Shown here: positions 37,092-45,462 of the stretch, piece by piece
How the letters are laid out: every line of letters begins with the position of its first letter
Position numbering within the stretch: position 1 is the first letter of the stretch
NCBI GenBank assembly: GCA_049297775.1
Contig: JBAQUX010000024.1
Coordinates: forward strand, 9,162-73,161
Direction of reading: 5' to 3'
Length of the DNA stretch: 64,000 bases
DNA from: Minisyncoccia bacterium
Lineage (GTDB): Bacteria > Patescibacteriota > Minisyncoccia > Phycocordibacterales > UBA2100
Translations under genes and position numbers: made by a program
Notes under the pieces: model-generated
The model's database searches: none
What the model was told of the DNA's origin: nothing
What the model saw: only the letters and a program-made list of their open reading frames with translations

Positions 37092-38438
37092 ATGTCAGCA
37101 TCTGCCAACAAAGGTTTTGTTTTCAAAAATCCATTTCAGTGGTTAAAGGATTTTTTGTACAAGTTTCAATTACTTGAAATAACCGCAACAGCACTTACCG
37201 GTGTTGCGGGCATGCTCACTGTTCTTTTTGTTAACTGGCAATTACTTCGTGATGGATTCATCATGTTGTTCTACACATCTCCTTTATGGATTTTGTACCT
37301 TTCCCGCAGGGTCGCGTGGCACTATTGGATACACATGCGCAGGCATGAGTTTATAGATGGTGACAGACAAAAGGGTGCCGTGTATGAAATTCGCATTCCT
37401 AAGGATGTACAAAAGTCACCATTTGCTATGGAGGTTGTATTTAATGCACTCTATATAAAGCCAAGTCTTACAACTGCATTCCAAAGAGATTGGCGTGGTC
37501 ATGTGCGTCCTTGGTGGTCATTCGAAATTGTTTCTGATGGAGGAGAACTTAAATTCTATATTTGGTGCTGGAAGCGTTTTCAGTTTCGTATTGAAGCTGC
37601 GATGTATGCACAATACCCAGGTGTGCAGCTTGTTGAAGTCGAAGATTATGCTGCACAAGTAAAATATGTTCCTGGTGTTAATTTGGTAACGGGTACTAAC
37701 TTTGTTTTAAAAAAGCCTGATACGTATCCTTTGAAAACATATTTCGACTTTGATTTACATAAGGATCCTAAGGCTGAATATCGCATTGACCCATTTGCAG
37801 CAATGATTGAATCTATGTGCGTCACTAAGCCAGGAGAAAAGCTGTGGCTACAAATCCTTGTGCAGTATTCAGAGGATGAAAAGTGGAAGTCGCGTGTTAA
37901 AAAAGCAATCGACGAAATTTACACCAGTAGACAAGTCGAGGTTCCATCAATAGCAAATCCTGATGAATCTACTTTTATGCGACTTGGCTTGAAGCCACTG
38001 CAGTATGAAATGGTAAAATCAATGGAAAGAAGTACAACAAAGAATCACTTTGACGTTGGTTTACGTGCCGTGTATTCTGCGCCTCAAGATATATTTAGAC
38101 GTATTCCGTTCGATAGTATTATGCACGCATTTAAATACTACTCTTCAAGTGGTCCGTACTACAACGCGATTGGTCCATTCGGTGAGTCATGGCTCGCGAA
38201 CTTCGATTTTCCTTGGGAAGATTTTAACAATATTCGTGCAAATAGATTGCGTCATCGCCTCCTCGACGCCTACACGAAGCGTTCCATCTTTCATCCTCCG
38301 TACAAACAGATGACTTCAATTATGACCAGTGAAGAGTTGGCAACTATATTTCACATTCCGGGCGAAGACTCAAAAACTTTGAATCTCACTCGACTCGAAT
38401 CGAAGCGTGGAAATCCACCACCAAATTTGCCATTTTAA
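37092..38438 (+). CDS. membrane-anchored protein of unknown family, paralog B of a tandem pair
   Basis: 448 aa; colinear with paralog A at roughly 35-40 percent identity by eye; 2 nt intergenic gap; no Walker A motif. Confidence 0.7.
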   Translation: MSASANKGFVFKNPFQWLKDFLYKFQLLEITATALTGVAGMLTVLFVNWQLLRDGFIMLFYTSPLWILYLSRRVAWHYWIHMRRHEFIDGDRQKGAVYEIRIPKDVQKSPFAMEVVFNALYIKPSLTTAFQRDWRGHVRPWWSFEIVSDGGELKFYIWCWKRFQFRIEAAMYAQYPGVQLVEVEDYAAQVKYVPGVNLVTGTNFVLKKPDTYPLKTYFDFDLHKDPKAEYRIDPFAAMIESMCVTKPGEKLWLQILVQYSEDEKWKSRVKKAIDEIYTSRQVEVPSIANPDESTFMRLGLKPLQYEMVKSMERSTTKNHFDVGLRAVYSAPQDIFRRIPFDSIMHAFKYYSSSGPYYNAIGPFGESWLANFDFPWEDFNNIRANRLRHRLLDAYTKRSIFHPPYKQMTSIMTSEELATIFHIPGEDSKTLNLTRLESKRGNPPPNLPF

Positions 38439-38446
38439 AAAAATTA

Positions 38447-38469
38447 GCGCCAGGTATTGCTCCTGGCGC
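38447..38469 (-). terminator. rho-independent terminator oriented for the minus strand (gcgccagg-loop-cctggcgc then T7 on the minus strand)
   Basis: 8 bp GC stem; on the minus strand it is followed by TAATTTTTTT; on the plus strand there is no T-run. Confidence 0.5.
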
Positions 38470-38475
38470 CGTAGA

Positions 38476-38688
38476 TCAGAGTGGCCTGATGAGCTCCTGT
38501 TCGAGAAGCCACACCAGATCGCTCGTATCAAGAGGAACGGGTCCGTCGGAGGTTCTGCCTCCATCGGCGTCAATCCAAAGTTGTCGTTGCCTTCGAAGGT
38601 CAAAGCTCCGAGGTGAGTTATCCTCACTCGTCACACTAACCCAAAAAGGAACTACTACTTCGAACCGTTGTGCGCCCTGCGTCTGCAT
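38476..38688 (-). CDS. small GC-rich ORF (70 aa) with strong SD, hypothetical
   Basis: GGGAGA 7 nt upstream of ATG; followed on its own strand by the 38447-38469 terminator; GC content well above genome background. Confidence 0.35.
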   Translation of the reverse strand: MQTQGAQRFEVVVPFWVSVTSEDNSPRSFDLRRQRQLWIDADGGRTSDGPVPLDTSDLVWLLEQELIRPL

Positions 38689-38726
38689 AGCGTGTCTCCC
38701 GTTTGTGCGTTGTATGAGCTCGCAAC

Positions 38727-38771
38727 AAAAAGCCCCCTGTCGCTCGACAGGGGGCTGGTGTGTTATTTTTT
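38727..38771. terminator. 12 bp GC-rich hairpin (agccccctgtcg-ct-cgacagggggct) with flanking A- and T-runs, potentially bidirectional
   Basis: Perfect 12 bp stem; on the minus strand TTTT follows the stem directly, on the plus strand TTTTTT is 10 nt downstream. Confidence 0.5.
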
Positions 38772-38885
38772 GATATGCACAACAATCCTCTACCGAGCAG
38801 GGGTTCTAAGTAGAAGTAGTAGTGTTGCGAATGAATGCATAAAAACACTATATACAATCGTCTTATATTTTGCAAGTATGCTCCT

Positions 38886-38913
38886 TTGACATGGCGTTTG
38901 TCTTCGGTATACT
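38886..38913 (+). promoter_or_regulatory. sigma70-like promoter (TTGACA-16 nt-TATACT) for the ilv leader and ridA-ilvA
   Basis: Consensus -35 with a near-consensus -10 at 16 nt spacing, 13 nt upstream of the leader-peptide ATG. Confidence 0.4.
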
Positions 38914-38925
38914 CGTACGATACTT

Positions 38926-38979
38926 ATGCAGTACGAACGCACAATACAAAATATCGCCATTATTATTACGTCAGCCTGA
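38926..38979 (+). CDS. Ile-rich leader peptide MQYERTIQNIAIIITSA (attenuation leader)
   Basis: 17 codons with 5 Ile including three consecutive ATT codons; ends 39 nt before an intrinsic terminator that precedes ridA-ilvA. Confidence 0.5.
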   Translation: MQYERTIQNIAIIITSA

Positions 38980-39017
38980 TGGAGGTTTCTTTTGTGTCTG
39001 TCCTAAAATAGATACGC

Positions 39018-39044
39018 AAGAGCCCTCCTGAGGGCTCTTTTTAT
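39018..39044 (+). terminator. attenuator terminator (gagccct-cctg-agggctc followed by TTTTTAT)
   Basis: 7 bp GC-rich stem plus T-run 19 nt upstream of the ridA start. Confidence 0.6.
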
Positions 39045-39062
39045 ACACTAAAAAGTTTATAT

Positions 39063-39422
39063 ATGAATCAAAGTATTGTGCCTAAAGTAATGGGTCCATA
39101 TTCGCCATGTGTTATTGCTGGGAACTTGGTTTTTTGCTCAGGTCAGTTGGGAGTTACTGATATGTGTGATGAAAATATTACGAAACAGACAAGGACTGCC
39201 TTAATGAGGGTACAACAAGTACTATCAACAGTAGGATTTTCTTTAGAAAACGTTGTGAAGGTTGAGGTGTACCTTAAAAATATGGATGATTTCATGACGA
39301 TGAATGATGTGTACGCTAGTTTTTTTTCAGGTAGTGTACTGCCTGCGCGTGTCACTGTTGAAGTTGCACGACTACCTAAAGGTGCACTTGTTGAAATTGC
39401 GTGCGTTGCCTTTAAAGCATAA
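39063..39422 (+). CDS. ridA: RidA/YjgF family reactive enamine/imine deaminase
   Basis: 119 aa; typical RidA length and conserved C-terminal region ...PARVTVEVARLPKGALVEI. Confidence 0.8.
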   Translation: MNQSIVPKVMGPYSPCVIAGNLVFCSGQLGVTDMCDENITKQTRTALMRVQQVLSTVGFSLENVVKVEVYLKNMDDFMTMNDVYASFFSGSVLPARVTVEVARLPKGALVEIACVAFKA

Positions 39423-39425
39423 TGT

Positions 39426-40682
39426 ATGAAAAAGATTACATTTGTTTCGGCGGCATTAGTTAGAGAGGCACACGAACGTATTCATGCCTTCGTAAAAGAA
39501 ACCCCACTGCAGTATTCAGAGCGATTATCTCAGATGTATGGCGCACGTGTCTACCTGAAACGAGAAGATATGCAGTCTGTGCGTTCGTATAAAATTAGAG
39601 GCGCATACAATCGCATGTCGTTGTTGCTACCGTCAGAAAAAAAGCGTGGCGTGGTCTGTGCAAGTGCCGGTAATCATGCGCAAGGTGTTGCACTCAGTTG
39701 TAGTGTACTCGCAGTGCATGGCGATGTGTTTATGCCGAGGAATACCCCTCGTCAAAAAATTGAGCGAGTACGTGCATTTGGGAAAAAGTATATACAGGTA
39801 CATCTTGTCGGCGATACTTTTGACGATGCTTCACGGGAGGCGCAGCAGTTTTGTATTGAACGGAATGCAGTCTTCATACATCCGTTCAATGACCCACATG
39901 TGTCTGCTGGGCAAGGAACTGTTGCCGTAGAATTGCTCGCTCAATCCAATGAAAAAATTGATGTACTCATCGCACCGGTAGGTGGCGGTGGGCTCATTGC
40001 TGGTGTGTCGGCATATCTTGCAGATGCATCTCCCACGACAAGTATTTTCGGTGTTGAGCCGCAGGGCGCTGCGTCCATGACGGAAGCCATTTTACAGGAT
40101 GCGGTAGTTACACTTGAAAAACTCGATACGTTTGTTGATGGTGCAGCTGTGAGGACTGTGGGAGATACAACATTCCCGGTTGCAAAAAAATATGTATCTC
40201 AGATGGTAACGGTAGCTGAAGGTCATGTGTGTGCTGAGATGATTGATTTGTACCAAAATGAAGGAATAATTGTAGAGCCAGCTGGTGCACTGAGTGTTGC
40301 GGCGCTCTCGCTTCTTGGCTCCCGCATACAGGGGAAGACGGTCGTATGTGTAGTGAGTGGAGGCAATAATGATATAAGTCGATATCCAGAAATTGTCGAA
40401 CGAAGCCTCCGTTTTAAAGGTTTGAAGCATTACTTTATTATTCAATTTGCCCAACGGCCGGGAGCCCTCAAGGAATTTTTGTGCACTGCGCTAGGGCCTC
40501 ATGACGACATTACGCGATTTGAGTATTTGAAAAAGAATAATCGGGAAAATGGACCTGCATTGGTAGGTATTGAATTGCGTCACAAAGATGAATTAGCATC
40601 CCTGGAGTCCCGTATGCAGGCGCTCGGACTCGTCGTTGAAAGGTTGTCACCTCAAAATCCAATTTCTCAGTTCCTACTGTAA
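39426..40682 (+). CDS. ilvA: threonine ammonia-lyase (threonine dehydratase) with C-terminal regulatory domain
   Basis: 418 aa; PLP-binding SYKIRGAYN, glycine-rich VSGGNND loop, about 90 aa ACT-like C-terminal domain as in single-ACT biosynthetic IlvA. Confidence 0.85.
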   Translation: MKKITFVSAALVREAHERIHAFVKETPLQYSERLSQMYGARVYLKREDMQSVRSYKIRGAYNRMSLLLPSEKKRGVVCASAGNHAQGVALSCSVLAVHGDVFMPRNTPRQKIERVRAFGKKYIQVHLVGDTFDDASREAQQFCIERNAVFIHPFNDPHVSAGQGTVAVELLAQSNEKIDVLIAPVGGGGLIAGVSAYLADASPTTSIFGVEPQGAASMTEAILQDAVVTLEKLDTFVDGAAVRTVGDTTFPVAKKYVSQMVTVAEGHVCAEMIDLYQNEGIIVEPAGALSVAALSLLGSRIQGKTVVCVVSGGNNDISRYPEIVERSLRFKGLKHYFIIQFAQRPGALKEFLCTALGPHDDITRFEYLKKNNRENGPALVGIELRHKDELASLESRMQALGLVVERLSPQNPISQFLL

Positions 40683-40719
40683 GATTCCTCTAGGCTGTTC
40701 GTCTTGTATACTATACTGC

Positions 40720-41274
40720 ATGAAAGATTCAGATTTTGAGGCGGTTTTTGAAGAGTACGCCGATAGTCTCTTTCGTCATGCATATTTTAGAGTTGGCTCT
40801 CGAGAAAAAGCTCGTGATATGGCACAGGATACATTCATAAAGGCATGGGATTATGCGAACACACATGACGATGCGGTGCGTGAGTGGAAGCCGTTGTTGT
40901 ACCGAATACTCAACAATTTAATTATTGATGAATATCGAAAAAAGAAGTCAGTGTCACTTGATGCTATCGAGGAGGCACACCAAGAAGAGGGTGCGCATCT
41001 GCCACTCGCATTGCAAGAGGGAGGTCTAGAAGAGGCAGTCGCTCAAGTTGATCTGGGGTATGATGCACAAGTGTTGCAAAAGGCACTCGTGGATGTCTCA
41101 ATGGTTGATAGGCAAGTGCTTACCTATAAATTTATTGACGAGCGCACGAATTCTGAAATTGCAGACCTACTTTCAATTTCCCCAGATGCGGTATATGTGC
41201 GAGTACACAGGGCAATAAAAAATCTTCGTAGCATTCTTGTAACAAAGTATGGGTTTGATAGTATCGTAAAATAA
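40720..41274 (+). CDS. ECF-type RNA polymerase sigma-70 factor
   Basis: Region 2 (FEAVFEEYADSLFRHAYFRVGSREKARDMAQDTFIKAWDY) and region 4 HTH; start taken at the internal ATG to avoid overlap with ilvA. Confidence 0.8.
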   Translation: MKDSDFEAVFEEYADSLFRHAYFRVGSREKARDMAQDTFIKAWDYANTHDDAVREWKPLLYRILNNLIIDEYRKKKSVSLDAIEEAHQEEGAHLPLALQEGGLEEAVAQVDLGYDAQVLQKALVDVSMVDRQVLTYKFIDERTNSEIADLLSISPDAVYVRVHRAIKNLRSILVTKYGFDSIVK

Positions 41275-41276
41275 GT

Positions 41277-42218
41277 ATGAAAAATAAAATCACACAAGTA
41301 AGCAAGGAAATTCATCTGACATCGGGTGAGCGTTCTGTTATGCGTGCTCACATACAGCAGCATATTTCTCATACAAAAAATTCACACTTAGTTAAGTCGC
41401 CGTTTGGGAGTGTCTATTTTATTTTGAATAAGCGAGTGCTTGCCGGTGCGTTGGTGTGTGTACTTACCATAGGTAGCTCTGCACAAGTAACTCGCGCTGC
41501 TCAATATGCGCTTCCTGGAGATTCGCTCTATGGCATGAAGCGAGTTACTGAACAAGTGCACACTGCAACTACATTTTCTGAATCAGGGAAAATTAAGCGT
41601 GCTGGGGAGCACGCTGTTCGTCGCCTCCACGAACGTGCGGTTTTGCAAAAGGAAGGTGGACTTACTGATGCGATAGTTACTGATTTGTCTACATCACTCG
41701 CACTGCAAGTAAAAACGCTTGCCGCTCATGCTGATGCTGAAATTTCGTCACCTGAGTCAGTTACTGAAAGTGCGCGCGCACTGGCGAGCATTGCAGGCTA
41801 TGCGAATGCAATATCTGCATCAGAAGACATTCCTGGGGATGAAGAGGCTTCTGCGGAGCAAATCACTCGTACGGTATCCGAAAAGGAGGAGTCAGTTGAT
41901 GCGATGACAGAGAGCATCCACTCATTTGTAGCATCTGAGGAATATGTTCTTGCTGCAAAATTGGAATACTTACCTAAAGAGTCAGTTGATGCGTTAGTGC
42001 GAGTAGAGTCATCAAAAGCTATTACGAAAGCCGAAACCTCTCAAGATACAATTACTGCAGTAATTGTGGAAGCATACAGTACAGCACGTGGAGAATCCGC
42101 AGATGAACCACTTGATGGGTCGCTCAGAGCCTTGGGGACACTGACACATATTGCCGAGGCGAATGCCCTCCGCGAAGTATCAGAAGATGTAGCGTTGCGC
42201 GAAGCGAGGGAAGATTAA
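41277..42218 (+). CDS. putative anti-sigma factor / single-pass membrane protein with helical extracytoplasmic domain
   Basis: 313 aa directly downstream (2 nt gap) of the ECF sigma gene; one TM near residue 50. Confidence 0.5.
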   Translation: MKNKITQVSKEIHLTSGERSVMRAHIQQHISHTKNSHLVKSPFGSVYFILNKRVLAGALVCVLTIGSSAQVTRAAQYALPGDSLYGMKRVTEQVHTATTFSESGKIKRAGEHAVRRLHERAVLQKEGGLTDAIVTDLSTSLALQVKTLAAHADAEISSPESVTESARALASIAGYANAISASEDIPGDEEASAEQITRTVSEKEESVDAMTESIHSFVASEEYVLAAKLEYLPKESVDALVRVESSKAITKAETSQDTITAVIVEAYSTARGESADEPLDGSLRALGTLTHIAEANALREVSEDVALREARED

Positions 42219-42330
42219 TATCCACTGCGGTTGCTATTGCAAATTGGTCAATCTCTGTGTATGTTTCTCGGGGGAGCCGTATGTTATTTGTACGGCACTC
42301 ATTACTAATATTTCATATACCTTAGAAGTT

Positions 42331-42516
42331 ATGGCATATACAGATGAAGAAAAAGATGACAAAGGAGACGAAACGGTCAGCGATTCGCTACTAGACGCGC
42401 TCAGTGATGATGATGAAGTCTTTGTGCGCGATGAAGACGAGGATGCGGACCCGCTTGAGGATGACGACGAAGAAGACGATGAAGACACAGATGAGCCAGA
42501 TTACGACAAGATGTAA
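42331..42516 (+). CDS. small hyper-acidic protein (61 aa, about 50 percent Asp/Glu)
   Basis: MAYTDEEKDDKGDETVSDSLLDALSDDDEVF...; the opposite strand encodes a mirror poly-Ser ORF, so only one can be real. Confidence 0.35.
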   Translation: MAYTDEEKDDKGDETVSDSLLDALSDDDEVFVRDEDEDADPLEDDDEEDDEDTDEPDYDKM

Positions 42517-42540
42517 TTTCGCTGATAGTTTGCTATAGTA

Positions 42541-42566
42541 GCAAAACTCTTTTAAAAGAGTTTTGC
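42541..42566. repeat. perfect 13 bp-arm palindrome gcaaaactctttt|aaaagagttttgc abutting the tRNA-Gly 5' end
   Basis: Read directly; last two bases are the first two of the tRNA. Confidence 0.7.
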
Positions 42567-42635
42567 GGGTGTAATTTAGTGGTAGAATGACTGCCTTCCA
42601 AGCAGTATACGGGAGTTCGATTCTCCCCACCCGCA
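42565..42635 (+). tRNA. tRNA-Gly (anticodon TCC), CCA not encoded
   Basis: Manual fold: acceptor GCGGGTG/CACCCGC, anticodon stem ACTGC/GCAGT with loop CTTCCAA, T-arm GGGAG-TTCGATT-CTCCC. Confidence 0.85.
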
Positions 42636-42676
42636 CTAATCACAACAGCGTCAAAAATGTCCTCTGAGATTATAGT

Positions 42677-43123
42677 CTATTGCATAGGTGATGCAGGAGG
42701 CATCTCTATATACTTGATTTCCATAGCTGCGAGAATAACAAGTGCCGCATAAAAAATAAGTCCATACGCGCACGTCGGGAGCCCGAGAGTATACGTTGCT
42801 CCAGAGATGAACGCGTACACCTCAGGAATAGTGAAATACCCAGCAAAGAGCACCCCGAGTAAGCCCAAAGTAATGCATATTTTTGTCGCAGTACCCGTAG
42901 ATAAAACTTTTTTCAGTGTCAAAACCGAAGTGACGAAGAGCACGGAAAATAATGCGAATCCATACCAGCAGGCTGGATATCCAAGAAAGTACGGACATGG
43001 TTCATTGAGCGGACAGGTGCCGGTAATAAACCGAGAAAAGGTAATGTACCCAGAGAAACAGACACCCATGCTCGTAATTGCCGTTATGTACAATGAGAAA
43101 TTTTTCATATAGTAAGTATACAT
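42677..43123 (-). CDS. hypothetical polytopic membrane protein
   Basis: ORF is open to 43168 but that would overlap the hup terminator; internal ATG at 43123 chosen. Confidence 0.45.
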   Translation of the reverse strand: MYTYYMKNFSLYITAITSMGVCFSGYITFSRFITGTCPLNEPCPYFLGYPACWYGFALFSVLFVTSVLTLKKVLSTGTATKICITLGLLGVLFAGYFTIPEVYAFISGATYTLGLPTCAYGLIFYAALVILAAMEIKYIEMPPASPMQ

Positions 43124-43156
43124 CCGTAATTTAAAGTTTACAGGTGGGCGGTGCAC

Positions 43157-43184
43157 AAAAAATGCCACCGATAGGTGGCATTTC
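43157..43184 (-). terminator. rho-independent terminator downstream of hup (atgccacc-gata-ggtggcat with T-run on the minus strand)
   Basis: 8 bp stem; A-run on the plus side equals a T-run after the stem on the minus strand. Confidence 0.5.
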
Positions 43185-43212
43185 GTATTCGCAGCGCTCA
43201 GTTGCGAATCAT

Positions 43213-43485
43213 TTATTTTACTGAGTCCTTCAATGCTTTTGCTGCGCGGAATTTTGGTACGCGCATCGCAGGCACCTTGATAGTTTCACCAGTGCGAGGG
43301 TTTCGTCCAGTGCGACCTGCACGCATTTTTGCTTGGAAAATACCAAGTCCCGCGATAGATACTTCATCACCTTTTTTAAGTGACTTTGTGATACTTGCAA
43401 TAATAGTTTCAACTGCGCGCTCAGCATCTGCACGTGTTGTGTTTAATACATCGCGCACTGCGTCAATTATGTCTGCTTTGTTCAT
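43213..43485 (-). CDS. hup: DNA-binding protein HU
   Basis: 90 aa; MNKADIIDAV...GFGTF-like arm region RNPRTGETIKVPA; canonical HU. Confidence 0.9.
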   Translation of the reverse strand: MNKADIIDAVRDVLNTTRADAERAVETIIASITKSLKKGDEVSIAGLGIFQAKMRAGRTGRNPRTGETIKVPAMRVPKFRAAKALKDSVK

Positions 43486-43756
43486 ACAAATAATTTATTA
43501 GTAATAAATAAATGGCGTCTCAAGAAATTCTTGAGTGTCATGCGCCAGGCGACCCACCAAAACCATTATATAAAGCCATATTTTTAATGCAAGGCGTGGA
43601 ATATATGGTGTGGATTGTGTTTTCTGAGTCTGCGCTTGCCGTCGTAGATCTACTTTGCAGCAACTTAATAATATTCTTTATTTAAGCCATATTATTGATG
43701 TGTAATACATATTACCCACAAGAGTGGGTAATATTAACTTAGATACTTTTATCCAA

Positions 43757-45298
43757 TTATCGTGCGAATTCTATTGCGCGTACCTCACGAATGACGTTAA
43801 CACGTATCTCCCCAGGGTATTTCATTTCATTTTCTACTGCCGTAGCTATCTCGCGTGCAAGATGGTGCGCCTCGAGGTCGCCAACTTCATTTGCTCGTAC
43901 TAATATACGGAGTTCGCGTCCTCCCTGGATGGCAAAAGTCTTTTCAACGCCAGGGTATCTGTTTGCAATTGCTTCCAAATCTTCAAGTCTCTTGATGTAT
44001 TGTTCAATTGAATCACGTCGTGCACCTGGGCGCCCGCCAGAAATTGCATCTGCAACTTGCACAATGTAGGCCTCTGGAGTTGAGTATGGGTATTCCTCAT
44101 GGTGTGACTCCATTGCGCGAATGATGCGCTCGTCAGCATTAAACTTTTGTAAAATGCGTCGTCCGATTTCAACATGAGTTCCAACTACCTCATGGTCAAC
44201 CGCTTTACCAATATCATGCACTAATGCGCCTGCGCGTGCGATGTCAGCATTTGCACCAACCTCTGTAGCAATCATTCCTGCAAGGTGGGCAGCCTCTACA
44301 GAGTGTGCAAGAACATTCTGCCCATAACTTGTTCTGAAGTGCAGTCGTCCGAGGACCTGTAGAATACGTGGATCAAGGCCAGTTACTTTCGAGTCGTATG
44401 CTGCCTGCTCTCCCTTTTCCTTTATGATTCGGTTAATCTCACCTTCAGCCTTTTTGTACATCTCCTCAATCTTTACGGGCTGTATGCGTCCATCCATAAT
44501 AAGATTTTCAAGCGCAATTCGTGCAACCTGTCTTCGCACTGGGTCAAAGCTCGATATGGTGATAGTCCCAGGAGTGTCATCGACGATCACATCTACTCCC
44601 GTGATTCTCTCAAATGCGCGGATATTTCTCCCTTCCTTGCCAATGATTTTTCCTTTTATTTCTTCGTTAGGCAACTCTACTGTGGTTGAGAGTACATCGG
44701 TCGGCATTGCGTTTCCAATGCGGTGAATTGCGGTTACCAAAATTTCTCGTGCACGGTTATCGTATTTCTCCTTTCCGGAAATCTCTAGTTTTTGCAAACG
44801 AACAAGTACATCTTGTTCTGATTCTTTTTCGACTGCAGCAAGGAGTTCCTTCTTTGCCTCTTCGTTCGTTAACTGTGCAACTTTTTCAAGTGCAACTTTG
44901 CGTTCTGATACCAAGCCTTCCGCTCTCTCTCTGATTGCGCGGACTTCTTGAGCCTTATTCTTTAACTGTTCGATTTCTTGGTCCAAGTCACTCTGTTTTT
45001 TCTCAATTGATTCTTCTTTTCTAATGAGGCGTTCATCAGCCTTCTTTAAATCAACCTCCTTCTCCTTTATCTCTCTCGTCTTCGTTTCTGTGTACTCCGT
45101 AGCTTTTTTTTCTGCAGTGTCGATTATTTTCTGAGCTTCCTCCTTTGAGTCTAGAAGCATTTTTTTAATCTCCACTTCTGCAGAACCACGCTTGCCCATA
45201 GTGATGAGCGAGCGAAGGAGGTACCCAAATGCGACACCTATCAGTGCCGAGATGAGTGCAATAAGTATAAATGTTATCATGGCGCGGTCTTTAGCCAC
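43757..45298 (-). CDS. rny: ribonuclease Y
   Basis: 513 aa; N-terminal TM, coiled-coil, KH domain (GKIIGKEGRNIRAFERITG), HD domain (HSVEAAHLAGMIA...HDIGK). Confidence 0.9.
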   Translation of the reverse strand: MAKDRAMITFILIALISALIGVAFGYLLRSLITMGKRGSAEVEIKKMLLDSKEEAQKIIDTAEKKATEYTETKTREIKEKEVDLKKADERLIRKEESIEKKQSDLDQEIEQLKNKAQEVRAIRERAEGLVSERKVALEKVAQLTNEEAKKELLAAVEKESEQDVLVRLQKLEISGKEKYDNRAREILVTAIHRIGNAMPTDVLSTTVELPNEEIKGKIIGKEGRNIRAFERITGVDVIVDDTPGTITISSFDPVRRQVARIALENLIMDGRIQPVKIEEMYKKAEGEINRIIKEKGEQAAYDSKVTGLDPRILQVLGRLHFRTSYGQNVLAHSVEAAHLAGMIATEVGANADIARAGALVHDIGKAVDHEVVGTHVEIGRRILQKFNADERIIRAMESHHEEYPYSTPEAYIVQVADAISGGRPGARRDSIEQYIKRLEDLEAIANRYPGVEKTFAIQGGRELRILVRANEVGDLEAHHLAREIATAVENEMKYPGEIRVNVIREVRAIEFAR

Positions 45299-45389
45299 GC
45301 ATCAAATCGCTAATGTACGGCTTTGTTCAAATGTATTTTTGAAATAGTCATACTATTTTAAGTTTTGAGTGCGTAGAGATGTAATTAAA

Positions 45390-45414
45390 TGTATATCTCA
45401 AGTTGAGATATACA
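45390..45414. repeat. perfect 12 bp-arm palindrome tgtatatctcaa-g-ttgagatataca between clpP and rny
   Basis: Read directly; candidate operator or clpP terminator. Confidence 0.7.
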
Positions 45415-45462
45415 CAAAACTATACCACTATGTACTGGCATTGCAAAAAGCTGCCGCAGAAA

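Noticed and set aside
38486-38492. CUGAUGA hammerhead-ribozyme core heptamer in the GC-rich segment
   Set aside because: The following sequence cannot form stem II closed by GAAA (it reads GCUC-CUGUUC-GAGAAG). A 7-mer is also expected several times by chance in 64 kb.
38407-38773. Plus-strand ORFs of 69 aa and 94 aa across the GC-rich segment
   Set aside because: Arg/Ser/Cys-rich composition typical of off-frame GC-rich sequence. The 69 aa ORF begins inside paralog B.
42234-42488. 84 aa poly-Ser minus-strand ORF
   Set aside because: It is the mirror image of the acidic plus-strand ORF (GAx codons read as xTC Ser). The low complexity arises from the complementary strand. Either could be real, but not both.
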